DNA of 63,406 bases, filler included, from Choristocarpus tenellus KU-1152 (GCA_964200185.2; 15 parts of 15 records of this genome joined end to end with filler, not necessarily neighbours in it), one strand, 5' to 3'. Counted from the first letter of the whole stretch, positions 11,518-24,781 are shown. Notes: generated from the letters alone by a model not told the origin. Made by a program: numbers and translations.

Positions 11518-14500
11518 CGAAACACTTGGGGACACCACCACCAGTTTCTGTGCTCTTTCATCTCTCCCTTCAGTTCCTAACCAAGTTCTTGGTCCATCCA
11601 TCGCTCCATGTAATTCGCAAGCAACAGCCTCCGTTTGTGAAGAGTCGACTCGATACTATTTTACCCCTTTCTCATTGTAGTACTTAGTATTCTATTTTGC
11701 TTCTTGTTCTTCTCCCCATGATATCCATCTTCAAACATAGTAAACAAAAAAATACAACAACACCATGTACGTAGTATTGAAGTTATTAAAAGGGTGATCC
11801 AGTACCTTTCCATTTACAGAACCGATGCAAGAATGGAGGAACTTTCAGTGATAGATTCGAAGCCTAGTTTGCGTGTAGTGGTCTGTCTCGACTGTCCAGG
11901 TCATACTGTCAAACAAAAGAACCTCAACCAAACCGACCTTGCGCATCTGCATCTTGACATCAAGGGTTACACACCAACTGCTCCATCCTATCATTGTTCA
12001 CTGTAGAAGTTCACGATCCGTTCCTGTGTCCATTGGATCTATCGGTGGGCCTCTGTGGTGATACCAGCATCATCATCACTAGTTAGTTGAGCCTCCGAGA
12101 TGAACAAGCTTATCAGCCTACTTATTATACCTTGCCTTGCAACCTCGATTTGCATTTCGTCTGCTGATGCTTCCTCTCGCACCCTTCAAGTTGTGGACCC
12201 CTCTAATACCAGAAAGGCTGTGTATACTACCTTATGACCTGTGAAATTGCGCAAAAGGTATCTATAGGGATGATTTGCGTTACATTTTTTTTTTCCATCT
12301 CAAGTGCAGGCCCTTGCCTTTCTATGAGGCTGACTGCCTATTTCCAATGTGGTGCTAGAAGGTTAGTATTTCTTTATACCCTGAAAGTTAATTTTGCGTA
12401 CAGTATTGTGTACATAAAGGAATGAAATAGAGTGTATTGCAAAGATTGAAAAAAGAGCTTGGAATTCAAAAGGGTTCAAACCTGAACAACTCTCAATTGG
12501 TTTGATTTTGAGACTTAAGTCAAGAAAGTCATTTCGGAAGGTGGAACTTCCACATAGTTGGGATTGTTACGTGTGCTCTGAAACATTAGGAAGCTCTACC
12601 CACATTATAGGGCTAAAGAACATAATAGACACACATACCAGGAGTCTTGCTATTCTCAAATGGATCGATATATCCTCAAATTAACAGTAGTAGTAGCTTC
12701 CGTTACGCTGTTGTCCAACAAGTGAAGTCTTTGCATAAATTTCATACATCATGAAAAATGTGTTCCACACATGTGCTGTAAATCACTCAGGCATCCACCT
12801 CGTCCAATACTGGAAAACAGCACAGCAGAATCCGCAATCACCAAAATATTTCATTTCTGTTCGAAACAATGAAGTGTGTTGTCCAACCAAACAATCAAGA
12901 AATTTGATCAGTTCTAACCAACCAATAAAGCAGCAAGGTATATATATATCTCTCACAATCATTACAGAGATGCGCAGAGTAACGGTAAAAAAACGACATC
13001 CATACAACACACAACAAATAAAAAAAAACATACCTTGAGCTTTCACAAGACTAATTCAGCACTACTTCCCTGAAAAAAAGGTAAAATTTCCCCTCTTCTT
13101 GCTTCTTGCTTACCTCTCTTTGCATCTCAAGTATGATACATCACTCACAGTTCATACACAAACACAAACACATATCTGAAAAAATTATAACAACAAAATG
13201 AAATTTCTCCTCCCCTTCCATTATCAGAGATTTCCACCTTGCATGGTCCACCATTTCTTGCTGTTTCTCCAAGAGTGAGATTTACCACGATCAAGAAATG
13301 CAATTGTCCCCCTTGTAGGTATTCTCGTAAAGAAAGTTCAGGTGCCGCATGATAAAATTGCAGAGGACTTCCCATTTGTTGAAGCTCTCCACATCGGCAA
13401 AACGCTTACATTGTTCGGGTACAGTAGTGTGGGAAATCAATGATTAGACCCAGGCCTCCGTTGATGGGAATTGGACTCATGGGCTCGACTGAACTTGTGA
13501 TACCAATAGGTGGATTGAATTGGAGGTGCCCTTCTTGATGAGGACCATGATTACTACTTCTACAACCTCAAAATACTATGAATATGATAAGTGCCCTGGA
13601 GAACTTATCTACAAACTTCGAAATATTCCTCACTCTACTATCAATGGTGCTCATTTGTCATACAAGTATCCAGTGTACACATTTACAACATCCAACAATA
13701 CACAGAACACTAAACTCACGAATATGGAGCATCCCCATTTCTCCCTCCAATTAATATTCTAAACTGGATCATCTGAAAAAGCAACGCATATTTCACCACC
13801 CCCCTGTTAATTGCTTCAACTTCCCTTCCTCCCACCTCCGATCCAAAACATTTCCAATAATCATATCCTATTCATCCTACCATGACCTCTTAAGAATCGG
13901 CAATAGAGGACAAAATTTGGTCCAATAGAATAGACTTTCCAGCGCTCCACCAGTTTCCAATTGAGACACCAAAAGCATCCACACCACATTGTCCTTGTTA
14001 AACAACAACAATAACAATCAAGATTCTCTCTCCAATATTGTTTTCTTAGCTCACCTCCTGGACCTGCTCCTCCTTCTTTGCTCCATATCCATTTCCATCT
14101 CCATCTCCCTCTCTCACCGTGGCTGATTCCACCCCCCTCGTCTCATTTCCATTGTCAGCAACACTGGTTTCATCATCACTGTCAAAATATGATTCGTCGC
14201 CCACACTATAATCAGTAGAGCTCAAGTCCTCATCACCACCCTCAGACCTTGTACTGCTGCAACTACTCTCAATATTTGATCCCGCATCATGTTCCTTCTC
14301 TGCAGCTTCCTCACCAGCCTCGTCAAGCTCATCATTGCCCTCACTCTCAGGCCACCTATCCCTTAGCCCCTCTTCATTGGTGGTCTCGTAGGAGAAATTA
14401 CCTGCATCATCAGCCCCCTCATCCCCGTCCCGGTCCCCATCCCCATCCCCCCCCCCTTCCCCCCCCCCCCCCCCCCCCCCCCCACCCCTTGGAACACCAC

Positions 14501-15285
14501 TCTCCCCCTCCCTTTTCTACNNNNNNNNNNNNNNNNNNNNNNNNNNNNNNNNNNNNNNNNNNNNTTAATTAATTAANNNNNNNNNNNNNNNNNNNNNNNN
14601 NNNNNNNNNNNNNNNNNNNNGGAGCAGGGGATGGTGGGGGGGGGGGGGGGGGGGGGGGGGGAGGAGTTTGAGAAAAAGAGGTGGAATTACAGGTCACTGA
14701 GAAATTTGGGTGTGGAATGGAAAGACAAGATGAAGATATCATTCCTGTTCTGTCAATTATCATTGGGATAGTTTCTTTCTCTGAGGATTGTCGTTACCTT
14801 GCAAAAATGTGACCGGCAATACAACAGTAAGGATTGTCAGACTAGAAGGAGCTAGGATGCATGCGAATCACCTCCTGTGGGATAAGTTATGGGTGTTTTA
14901 TTGCATGCATTCATATGCATGCGTTCTATCTCACTCTTTTGGGGGAAGATTCTGGTCAGGATGTTAAACGACTCAACAAGGTACCATCCAAAAAGGCACA
15001 GGGATAGGGTAAGGGTTAGTGTGGCATTATGTTATCATGCACAAAGGGTAGCATAGTCTTCAAAATGATGCAGGGAGCTACATAGCAGGGGCATCGTGCC
15101 ATGATTATCCCCATGTGATGCTGCCCTTCAATTTCGTGTAATCTTCAACTACATAAAATAGATCGAGAATGTCCAGTGTAGGCGGGAGGGAGGAAGGCAT
15201 CACCAAGCTGTCTTACAACAAAAGATGATGACAACCTGCAAGTTCGAACACGAGCGTGCGCACGCACGCACAAACACCGCCATAC

Positions 15286-16227
15286 CTCTCTAGCAAAGGC
15301 TTCTTCCTTGAGCTTATGGCTGTTTGACATGTTGGACAACTCCCTCTCCAGCATGCTCACCTGTATAATGGTATTTGTGTGGTGCAGTCATGTGCTCATG
15401 AGTCAACTATAGTAAGGGAAGGGAGCAAGGTGCTTGTGGGGTAGTGGTTGCAGTAAAGTTTCTCCCCAGGATGGTCCTCCTTCAACTTTGATTTGTAGCT
15501 CGCGGAAACTACAGCAATAGACACTACTGCAAAACTCTGCGAAATTCCTCCCTATTCAAAACGTTTCTTTGAGATTGAGGGGCTTGATGACATGGTAACC
15601 TTTGTGTGAATCTAGCAGCAACACATGATTCGACTAAGGTCGGCGGTGACGGTTGAAAGGCTGGGATAGGGGAGCATAGAAACTAGAGGAGATGCATGTT
15701 ATTTCAACCCCTCCAATAGCCAAAAGCAAAAGCCTTTCCCATGTGGGTTTACCATTCATCGTTATCCCATACTCCGAGGCCGAAGGTTATTGCACATTTA
15801 GAGCATGCGTGGCAATGATAAAATGGGCATCATGGAGAAATAGCAGGGAAAACACAGGCCCTCATCCACGAGAAGTGCAACAACAGTAGTTGTAGTTGTG
15901 GTGCGTTCGAGTAGTTGGAGCGGGGCTTCGAGACGAACCCGGTCCAGCTTCTGATAGTAAGGGTTCTCATGATGGTAAGGGTTCTCCAATCATCATGTTC
16001 ATCCAACAAACATGATAAAGAAAACGAAGTCTGCCGGGTTGCCACCTGAGTTTTGTTTTTGAAGGTCTACTGTACAATCGAGACCAAAACATCCATTTTA
16101 TGAGCATAAACGTGGAAGGAGAGGAAAAAGAGAAACTCACCTTCTCCAGGAGTTTGGTGCGATCGTGTTGCATCCACCCCCCGACGATCAGGTCTTCCAG
16201 CTTCTTCTCCATGATCTCCCATACACC
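15286..16227 (-). CDS. Coiled-coil protein, 5' exons 16227-16141 (first ATG 16212) and 15360-15286
   Basis: MEKKLEDLIVGGWMQHDRTKLLEK|VSMLERELSNMSNSHKLKEEAFARE; canonical splice sites, phase 0. Confidence 0.65.
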
Positions 16228-16420
16228 CTGCACCCTTTACGATGCACTGTTATCTTGGTTCGTTTGTTGTTAAGGAATTTGAATTTGGTTTCCTCTTCTG
16301 CGCGCCTATCGTGCACACATAAGCTATAACATCCACGACAGGAAGTCAAGTTTTGAAAAGACCATCGTTTTGAACCGTCCAATACTTAGAGTTGGTTCTG
16401 GCATATAATAGCTGCTCGAT

Positions 16421-17521
16421 ATGGCAAAGCCAAGGCGGAAGGGACGCCGGATTTCGGAGGAAGCCGATGACCAATCCTCGCCTCCAGCAGAAGCTCAAGG
16501 TTTGCGATCACTTTGCTTGTATCGGATGTCAAATGGGGATACAATGTTATCATCTCTGGTTGACTTGTGTAACTTAAGTTGGCGCAATCCTTGATACTTG
16601 CCACCTTCCTCTTGATTTTCCCTCTCACAAACTTCTGAATATACCCTCTTGCATAGCGTTGAGCCTCTTAGTAGACTGAAATATAGAGATCTCTACTCCC
16701 AGCCTGAAGATAGTTTAGTTTGACTACTGATGTTATTGGTCTGAAACAGTGCGCAACATGGTCTTCTCCCCCTATCATCCCTACACTTGCTGCGCGAAAG
16801 AGGAAGTTCAAAAATCTGAGAATTGAGCTGCTTTCCCCCACTTTGCCCGTGCATCTCACTCTGTGTTCCAGTCACAGTCAAAGACCAGTCGGCATCCTCG
16901 CCCTCTTCAGACGAGTCCGTGACACCTGACCTTATCTGGCGAGTTCAGCTCAACCCTCGATATCTGACCCTTGCGAACTGTCACTAGACTAAAAATACGA
17001 CTTAGACCTGTGACCATGCACCACGGACCTCTGGAGGGTTGCCTGGCGAAGGGGGTGGGAGCGAAATGCTCCTTCTGTGGAGATTTCACCCCCACAGGGA
17101 GAAGTAGCTAGTGCTATGAGGCCTCTTACAAGGGCTGGAGCACACAATATATTGGCGTTGAAAACGTCTCTTCTGTACTTGCTCAGTGCTGACAGTCTTA
17201 GGGCATATTTATTGAAAAACCACAATAACCTTGGCGCAGAGGAAGCCAACAGACAAAGAAATGTGCAAAACCCCAGTACTATCCCTTAAGAACATGTAAC
17301 CCTTGTGCTGTATCTTTCCTCAAGTCTCCCTCTGCTTCTCCTCCCGAACAACCCACTCCTGTTTTGGAATGAAGGTCTCCGTCGATCCCTATAGCGACGC
17401 TGTTCATCGTGCTGGTGCGGATGCTGTCGGCAGGTACTACCTGCATTGGGGACTGCGATGAAACCTTCAACTACTGGGAGCCCCTGCACTATCTGCTCTA
17501 CGGATTTGGTTTCCAGACTTG
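16421..17521 (+). CDS. ALG9: ALG9 alpha-1,2-mannosyltransferase (GT22), 5' part; exons 16421-16499, 16872-16938, 17375-17521
   Basis: Spliced product ends ...LIW|SPSIPIATLFIVLVRMLSAGTTCIGDCDETFNYWEPLHYLLYGFGFQTW, which is the ALG9 signature. Confidence 0.92.
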
Positions 17522-18580
17522 GTGAGAATGTTGCTGTGGTTGGAAGGATTTTTGGATCGAGGTTGAAGCTGCGTATATATATATATATATATATATATAT
17601 CCTCTTCTATACTGCACGGAGTTTCTAATGTTTCAAGTAACTTTGGCACTCTTTCTGTCTCTTTGTTGTGTTGGCTTGGTGGGAGGGGAACAAGGAGGGG
17701 ACAGGGGGTGTATAGAGCCTGTGAACATACCCCAAGTGGAAGTGTATGGACATGCGTATTCATGCTACTTCGTTTTGCAGATGTAGACTATTTCTTTTGC
17801 AGAGAGACTCGGTCAAGATTGATCAATTGGTGGATTTAATGCCTGTAAAGACATAACATCTGCTTGTGGAGCGCACGGTGAGGTCTAAATGTCACCGCCA
17901 CCTGCCATACGATTGTGTAGCCCATCGCAGGACTTGTGGCACATATTTCAACCTCTTCTGGCGTAGAGGGGTGTTGCTATCCGTCGGTGTGCTCTCATTT
18001 GTTTAAACTTTCTTTGTTGAGGTATCTCACGTTGGTCCAGCTTTCTCAGTGACAGGATGTTCGGGATGTTTCGCCTTGGGGTATTCGCTGCTATCCATGG
18101 TTGTTTCGAATCGATTTTGTATGAATGTGTGCTTGGTATGGAGATGTAAAATCTCCGCACATCATTCATTGCGCACACTACCTAAGTAGATAACAACAAT
18201 CGTGATAATTTTATTATCGTTATTATTATTACTACTGCTACCACCACTATCAATTTTATTTGTTTTTGTATCAGTCAATAGAATGAAGATGATTCCTAGA
18301 AGGGATGTTTTTGTGGGAAAATATCTAGAGACCAAGAAAAATATCTAGAGACCAAGTGAGACAGTCCAATTTCATGCTATTAGTTCAATTATCATGTTTC
18401 TTGCGGGGAGCGTGAGTCAGCCATTAATACCCTGAAAACCTGTGCAGAATGTGCAAGTGGATGGTAGCCCCCCCCCCTNNNNNNNNNNNNNNNNNNNNNN
18501 NNNNNNNNNNNNNNNNNNNNNNTTAATTAATTAANNNNNNNNNNNNNNNNNNNNNNNNNNNNNNNNNNNNNNNNNNNNCT

Positions 18581-21045
18581 GGTGCGGAAGAAGAACAAAA
18601 CGAAGAGGGAGGGTGGAACGCGGGCGTTTGCTGTACTGAATGCAATCCTCCACCTACGTCTTGGTGAGTAATGTAGTTGTAACGGTGCACGTGTAGGTCG
18701 GAGTGTAATTAATAACGTAAGATTGGTTTCCATCCAATCCCCCGAACAGATATATATGTTGTATCTTTTCAGTGGCGCACGCCATTGAACCGGTGGAATG
18801 TTGCGGGGTCCCTCTGTGTGCGGCGCTGCGGTCGCTACTCCTACGTCTCTTTATTTGCCACTGTCCGATTGTGTGTTAATGCATGTACATCACCGACTGT
18901 TGTATCTCACCTGTACTACTTCGTGCTATTTTGCGCCGCCAATTTCGTGGTCCTTCATAACCGTAGATCCCCGCGTTATGTTGTTACGCCCAATTAATGA
19001 TTTCGAAAAATACTATCCTGTCTGTTTAACGCTCTCGTTCGATGACACGTGTGACAGGTATACATGCCCAAAGTGCTCTATCACGCATATGGGCGAATGT
19101 GCCTACGTGGAGATTGTAAGCGATGAGAGGCACAAGGATCGATTATGTATCAATTGAGTGAAAGTATCTTAGAGGGTATGAGTTTTTCCCTGTTTGTTCA
19201 TTTGGGGCTTGGCTTCCTACGGGTTTTTAATGACATTTTACCTGCTCCAAAATATTCGGAGCAGGTAAAATGCATACGTTATGAAAAGGTGTATCCGAAA
19301 CAAGGATACCAACATCTCCAAACAAACACCATAGCAAAAATTACATCAAAATTGCAACATTGGATTTTGACCCCCAAATGGATGCGGCTATACCCTCCTA
19401 GATACTTTGACTCAATTGCCCCATGGCACAAGAGGGCAGTGAAGGGTCTGGATCGGTGGGGAACGAAGCGGCGGGTCAGGGCAGGGGCAAGGGCAAGGAT
19501 AAGGCTCGCGCAAGGAGCGCAGGCGGGTCACCCACGACGCAAAGCCTTTTACGTCCCCCCTCACGCAGCAAAACGGCCGACATGGAGAAGTGCATGTGGG
19601 TCTCGGCGTGGTTGCACATTATGCAGACACGCAAGTCGTCTCTGCGTGTTTGTTTTTGCGTTGGTTTGCACATAGGTCTTGGCTGCTTGTGCATCATGTG
19701 GATTGCTCGTCCTTTGTACCTTGGATGTGTCTCTTTTTTGGAGGGTTCCACGGGCCATGGAACTTAGTGTTTTGACGTCTACCCTCCTTCCACGAGATGT
19801 ATCTGATGAGTCTGGCGTTGTAGAGGGTACGGCCTGACATTTTGGAGATGCCGTGGAAATAATGTCAGGAACTCACTTAATGAAAAGATTGCCTGCACGG
19901 TAGCTTACTATGCCGTCCTTCTTGTCGTGCTCTCTGTCTACTGTGTCGTGGGTCACGATGTCCAAGCAGGAGTGAGAACACTGCACTACACGACCTTCGC
20001 CCTCTCGACCCCACGGTATCCTTAGACGAAGTAGGAAATTTCGCCTTCCGCAACGCGCCAAAGCTCGCCATAGTGTCCATTGCCGCCGAGCCAAGACTCC
20101 TCATCGACGAAGAGGCGACCAACACACACTTGCGCGAGATGCTTCAGTGCTTGCGGCCTAAGATGCATCCTCAGGGCACCATCGCGCTCATTGTGCCCCA
20201 CCCGTGGAAGGCGTAATTACACCGCCTAGTAGGTGAGTTGCAGAGTTCGCAAGTGCTGGAATACAGGGTATATTGTGGGAGACCGATGCGATCCGGGTGG
20301 CCATTATCATTCCGTCCGTGTGCCGATCGAACATTGTGCGAGCGTTCAGGAGATGCGGATTAGGTCGTGTGTATTCTTATATTTTTCACTTTCCCCGTGT
20401 TGTTTCATGTCCTTCGTACCTTCTACTTCCTTTTGTGTCGCTTGCTCTTTCCCTCCGGCAACTACGTACTTCTTTGTTTCATTGTCCGCGAATCGCATGC
20501 TGGCGTTACTCGTCTCCACTACATTGTTTTTGCCATATTTACTTCTATTATTGCTTAATTTCCTATTGTTTGCGATTTTTGCATTGGTTATTTGCCTTGC
20601 GTTCCACACTCATTGTACTATTATAATGTTAATGGTGTGAGATTTCATGAATCCCTACGATAACTACTTGTGTGATGTCACTGTCAAGTTTGACGCATGC
20701 CGGACCCACGCGCTCACTCCCGCCTTCTATTCATTCAGAGGCTCTTACTGCGTCGAAGGTGGACTTGATTGTGGAGGATCATCCCCTAACCCTAATATAC
20801 AAGACGAGGAGGGGGGGGTGCCCTCAATTAGGCACAGATAATCATCTCAAATGTTGTCAGGACATGATTCTTCTCGCGCACAATGATGGGACAATGTTCA
20901 CATGCAATAAGCGAGTCACCATCGACGACATCTTTGGCCACGGGCGTGATGCATCTCCTCCGGTACTCCAAACCATGTTGGACGTCGAATACGAAGGTGC
21001 TGCCTCGGACATCCCCATGAGGGCCCTCCATTTCCTCCTTAACAG
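18581..21045 (+). pseudogene. Spliced pseudogene: PHD-like C4HC3 finger, low-complexity linker and a possible amino-methyltransferase-like fold
   Basis: Exons 18581-18663, 18773-18830, 19058-19589 (excluding the MITE), 19970-20232 and 20739-21045 are mutually phase-compatible. One in-frame TAA at 20214-20216 and a MITE insertion disrupt it. Confidence 0.55.
19156..19413 (+). mobile_element. MITE family A, copy 2, with 4-bp TSD AATT, inserted in a coding exon
   Basis: AATT|GAGTGAAAGTATCTTAGAGGGTA...GATACTTTGACTC|AATT; removing the element and one TSD restores the frame LCINCPMAQEG. Confidence 0.93.
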
Positions 21046-21237
21046 GTTCGTTAATAACGTCACACACATCCTTCTTCACAGAAGCAGCGATTTTTTTTTT
21101 ATAGGTGTAGGACATCGTTAAACAGTAACAGAACAAGNNNNNNNNNNNNNNNNNNNNNNNNNNNNNNNNNNNNNNNNNNNNTTAATTAATTAANNNNNNN
21201 NNNNNNNNNNNNNNNNNNNNNNNNNNNNNNNNNNNNN

Positions 21238-21403
21238 GGGTGGTTTGTGAGGGGGCGTCCGTTTCGGTCAAACAACGTTTTTTTTGCTGACATTTCAAAT
21301 CCGACACGTGCGACCAAATCACACCAAAAAAGTGAAAATGGAAAAAAGGGTGAAAACGGAAAACGGACGCCGGCACTCCCCCCCCACCCAGATACTTTGT
21401 CCC
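21238..21403. mobile_element. MITE of the same terminal type (left end lost at the contig edge)
   Basis: GGGGGCGTCCGTTT...AAACGGACGCC subterminal inverted repeat; right end CAGATACTTTGTCCC. Confidence 0.6.
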
Positions 21404-21699
21404 TTTAATTAGTACATGTACATTCCATCGAAGTGTGCATATCCTTGTTTCGATTTTTTTGTACAATTGTGTGAACACGTTCAATGGTATATTGCTTCTC
21501 ACTTAACACCTTTAGTAGGAGAGATCAGTTACAATCATGGTGGCGACAACAGGAGGGGAAGCTCACAAACGCGGGCAAGCTGGTGGCGCCAAGTAGTTGA
21601 GTAATGAAACAAAGTGGTGCGATAATGGAATGGTAAAATCGAACTCACTCCTCTGCCCAGAACATGTTGTCGGTCGGGTGGTAGAATTGTTACAAGCAC

Positions 21700-22950
21700 C
21701 AGCACTTCATAGTATACGTGGGCTTGCTTGCCACTACTGTCTTACATGCAACCTACCAGCACGCATGCTTCCTGTCTGTTCCACTCATGGCCCGATGGAT
21801 GATGTCAACCATCGACTTCCTGATGGTCATCGTGCAACATACTACTAGCAGTCTCTTCATGGAATGAAGGAGTAGCATTACTACCCTTCCTGGTGTTGGT
21901 TTCCCCCATCCAGTGGTTCTTTCTCAGGCTTATGGTATTCCACAACAAAATGTTGGTGTTATTCCCAACAAATAGAATAGTAATTTGAAGGCTGCTACCG
22001 TAGCTAAGAAAACAGTAACGGGCACAGCTGGCTCACTGTTGCATGACACCACTGTTCTCGGCATTATTAGCAAGTTGCAACCTTGAAGAACAATTCATAT
22101 GTGGTGACTGGGCATGAAAGTGACTACACACAATATTTCCATGTAGCTCAAATTACCACATAGCGAGGAGGTGGACTGTGATTTCTTACGTGTCCTTGTT
22201 CAACATGAATAGGACCTAAGGACAATAGCAGTGGACCAATAAAGATGACTTGACACAACGCATATACAAATTATTGAGCAACCAAAAGGAAGGAAGCTGG
22301 TATTGCATCAACATTGCTACCAACTCTCAACTCCAGGAATTTTTCCTAGCATCCAATGCAAATAATCGCGCTGATAAGAAATAGTCAATGCTACTCAGAA
22401 TGTACAGGCCCATGCAAAGGACACTGTATCGATTGCATTCCAACACATTCAAACCACAAGCAACACCTACCATTGGCTCCAACTTGATCGCAAAGTTGTG
22501 CCACCCTTCTGGAAAAACTTCCATCAGTGTATCTCAGATTGCTAATGGCACCCTGCTTCAGGAACACATACGCAAATGCAACTATCTCACCATCACATAT
22601 ATCTCCTGAGGAAGGGGGGTTTGGAATGAAATGTGTACAAGACAGAATTCCAACTAGACAGTTGCAGCAGTAGAACGTAATGCTTCCTCAACTGCAGTTC
22701 TCTGTGTTCAAGAAGTATACTGTACCATTAGTGAGCTAGAAAACAGAACCACAAGAACGGTAAAATGAACATAGAATGTCGCAAGGGTTTTCAATAAACT
22801 CAACAGTAACAAGCACTTCCTAAAAACACTTATTTCTATGGTTCTCATATTTGGGTACCTCAATTTGGGTACACTTCACACAGCCTCTTAAACATTGGAT
22901 AACTATGACTCGGGATGCATGGCATCACAAGCGTCCAGTCTAGCCTCTTC
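21700..22950 (-). mobile_element. Highly decayed piggyBac-like transposase remnant
   Basis: Minus-strand fragments in piggyBac order: AVEEAL (~SVDEAM), THFIPN..EIYVM (~QYIPNKP..KIYVL), SIDYFLSARLF (~MDNYFTS..LF), NNLYMRCV (~YN..MGGVD). Many stops and frameshifts; boundaries approximate. Confidence 0.4.
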
Positions 22951-23453
22951 TTCCTGCACAAAACCTCAAAAACAGTCTCAGTTGACAAGAATGGTCACAC
23001 AAGTCAAACACTGGAGTGTGTTGTTGACATAAATTGATTTTCAGGATCTCAGTCTTCCCATGCATATTAGCTGATGGGACGCCTACTGAATCGAGTGCTT
23101 GTGTCACTAGGTGATCCATAGTTTGATATGATGCAAAATTTCAATTCCATCACTCTCTCACAGACCTCATTGAACCAAGGTGTAATGATATGCAGTTGTC
23201 CATTTTTCGTCTACAACTTCAAGAACACCAGAACTTGCAGCAGACACGGCTAATTGTCATAATCGTCCTAAGGGCTCTCTCATCAAGAGGGCTAGTTATC
23301 ACACTCCAATCAACTACTACTACCTAAAGGTAGAATTGTGCCGTGGCAACAGTGTATTTCCCCAAAAACTTCTTGTTCCTCTTGTTGGCTGTGCCACTCA
23401 TGAAGGAGTGGCCTCACGCATCATACAGCCTTTGCCTGAATACATTTTTCTCA

Positions 23454-23793
23454 TCAAACCTTCAACTCCTCGATTTCGGGATCACTCAGCCTCAAGTGCT
23501 GCATGCCGTTCACCAGTTTGATAATTTGGTGCTCAGGCATGAGACCCTGCATAACCAAGATTGCATGGCAGTCACAAGCTACTATGGACAGAGCTTGGCA
23601 GTGACAATACACGAGGCATTGTTCTCTTCATTCGAGATCAACTCAATCATTACATACCACTCAAATATTAGACATATGACATGATATTCATTCTCACCTT
23701 GTCTGTCATCAAATGCAACAGCTCCAGCGCAGAATCTCCTTGACCTTTCTTCCAGCAGGCTTCGATAGCCGAGTCGAAAGTCTCCTTATCAAT
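23454..23793 (-). CDS. Pentatricopeptide-repeat protein, last two exons 23793-23698 and 23546-23454
   Basis: IDKETFDSAIEACWKKGQGDSALELLHLMTDK|GLMPEHQ...ELKV* fits the PPR consensus TYxxxIxACxxxGxxxxAxxLxxxMxxxGxxP. Confidence 0.8.
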
Positions 23794-24453
23794 CTGGTGT
23801 TAAAGTATCCCCAAAATCATCAAAGAGGATAAGGGCGATAAACCCGGCGAGATTGCTTGGTGTCTGNNNNNNNNNNNNNNNNNNNNNNNNNNNNNNNNNN
23901 NNNNNNNNNNTTAATTAATTAANNNNNNNNNNNNNNNNNNNNNNNNNNNNNNNNNNNNNNNNNNNNCCTCTCACAGTCACTTTAACATGTTTAGAGGTAG
24001 TCACTTTATAACCGTGTTCGAACATGCTTTTACTTAGAAAAAAAAAAAAAAAAGGGGCATCAAAAAGTCGTTTGAAATCGAGACCCAAACGGACCCAAAA
24101 GGGTCAAAATTCCTCCCCTCTCTCTAAGCGTGCTTCGGATCATTTGATTTCTTTGATTTCTTTCCTTAACCACAAATGGGTGATTGATGGATAAAATATT
24201 ACAAAACTGGAGACCGTTGACAAAACTCTCGAGTATTTTTTTATTTTTTTAAGTAATGTATGTTCTGTATGTAGTGTACGCCAACGCGGGAACTGAAGAC
24301 TATAAATTAAAATAGTAAAAATTTAATAAACAAAAGAAATGAAGTGTATTTCGGGGCATGAAAAAAAAGTAATTTACTGCACATCTCGATTAAATAAAAA
24401 AACATCGCTGCACCACGCTACAGGCAATTGAAAATACAGCACAGAGAATAATG

Positions 24454-24479
<26 letters not shown>

Positions 24480-24489
<10 letters not shown>

Positions 24490-24781
24490 GTGAAAAAAGG
24501 CAACGTAACGAGAGAAATAATGGTTAAAAAAGGGAATGTAATAGAAATTTAATTTTTTTTTAAACAGAGTAATAATAATAATAGTGAAAAAAGACAACAT
24601 AACGATAGAAATATAATTTTTTTAAACAAAAAGAATATTAATAAGCACAATAGTGAAAAAAGGCAACATAATGATAGAAATATAATATTTTAAAACACAA
24701 GAATAATAACAACAAGCACAATAGTGAGAAAAGGCAACATAATGATAGAAATATAATTTTTGAAAACACAAAGAACAATAT

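Noticed and set aside
19145-19675. 176-aa ORF
   Set aside because: Chance read-through of the non-coding MITE into an off-frame part of the interrupted exon.
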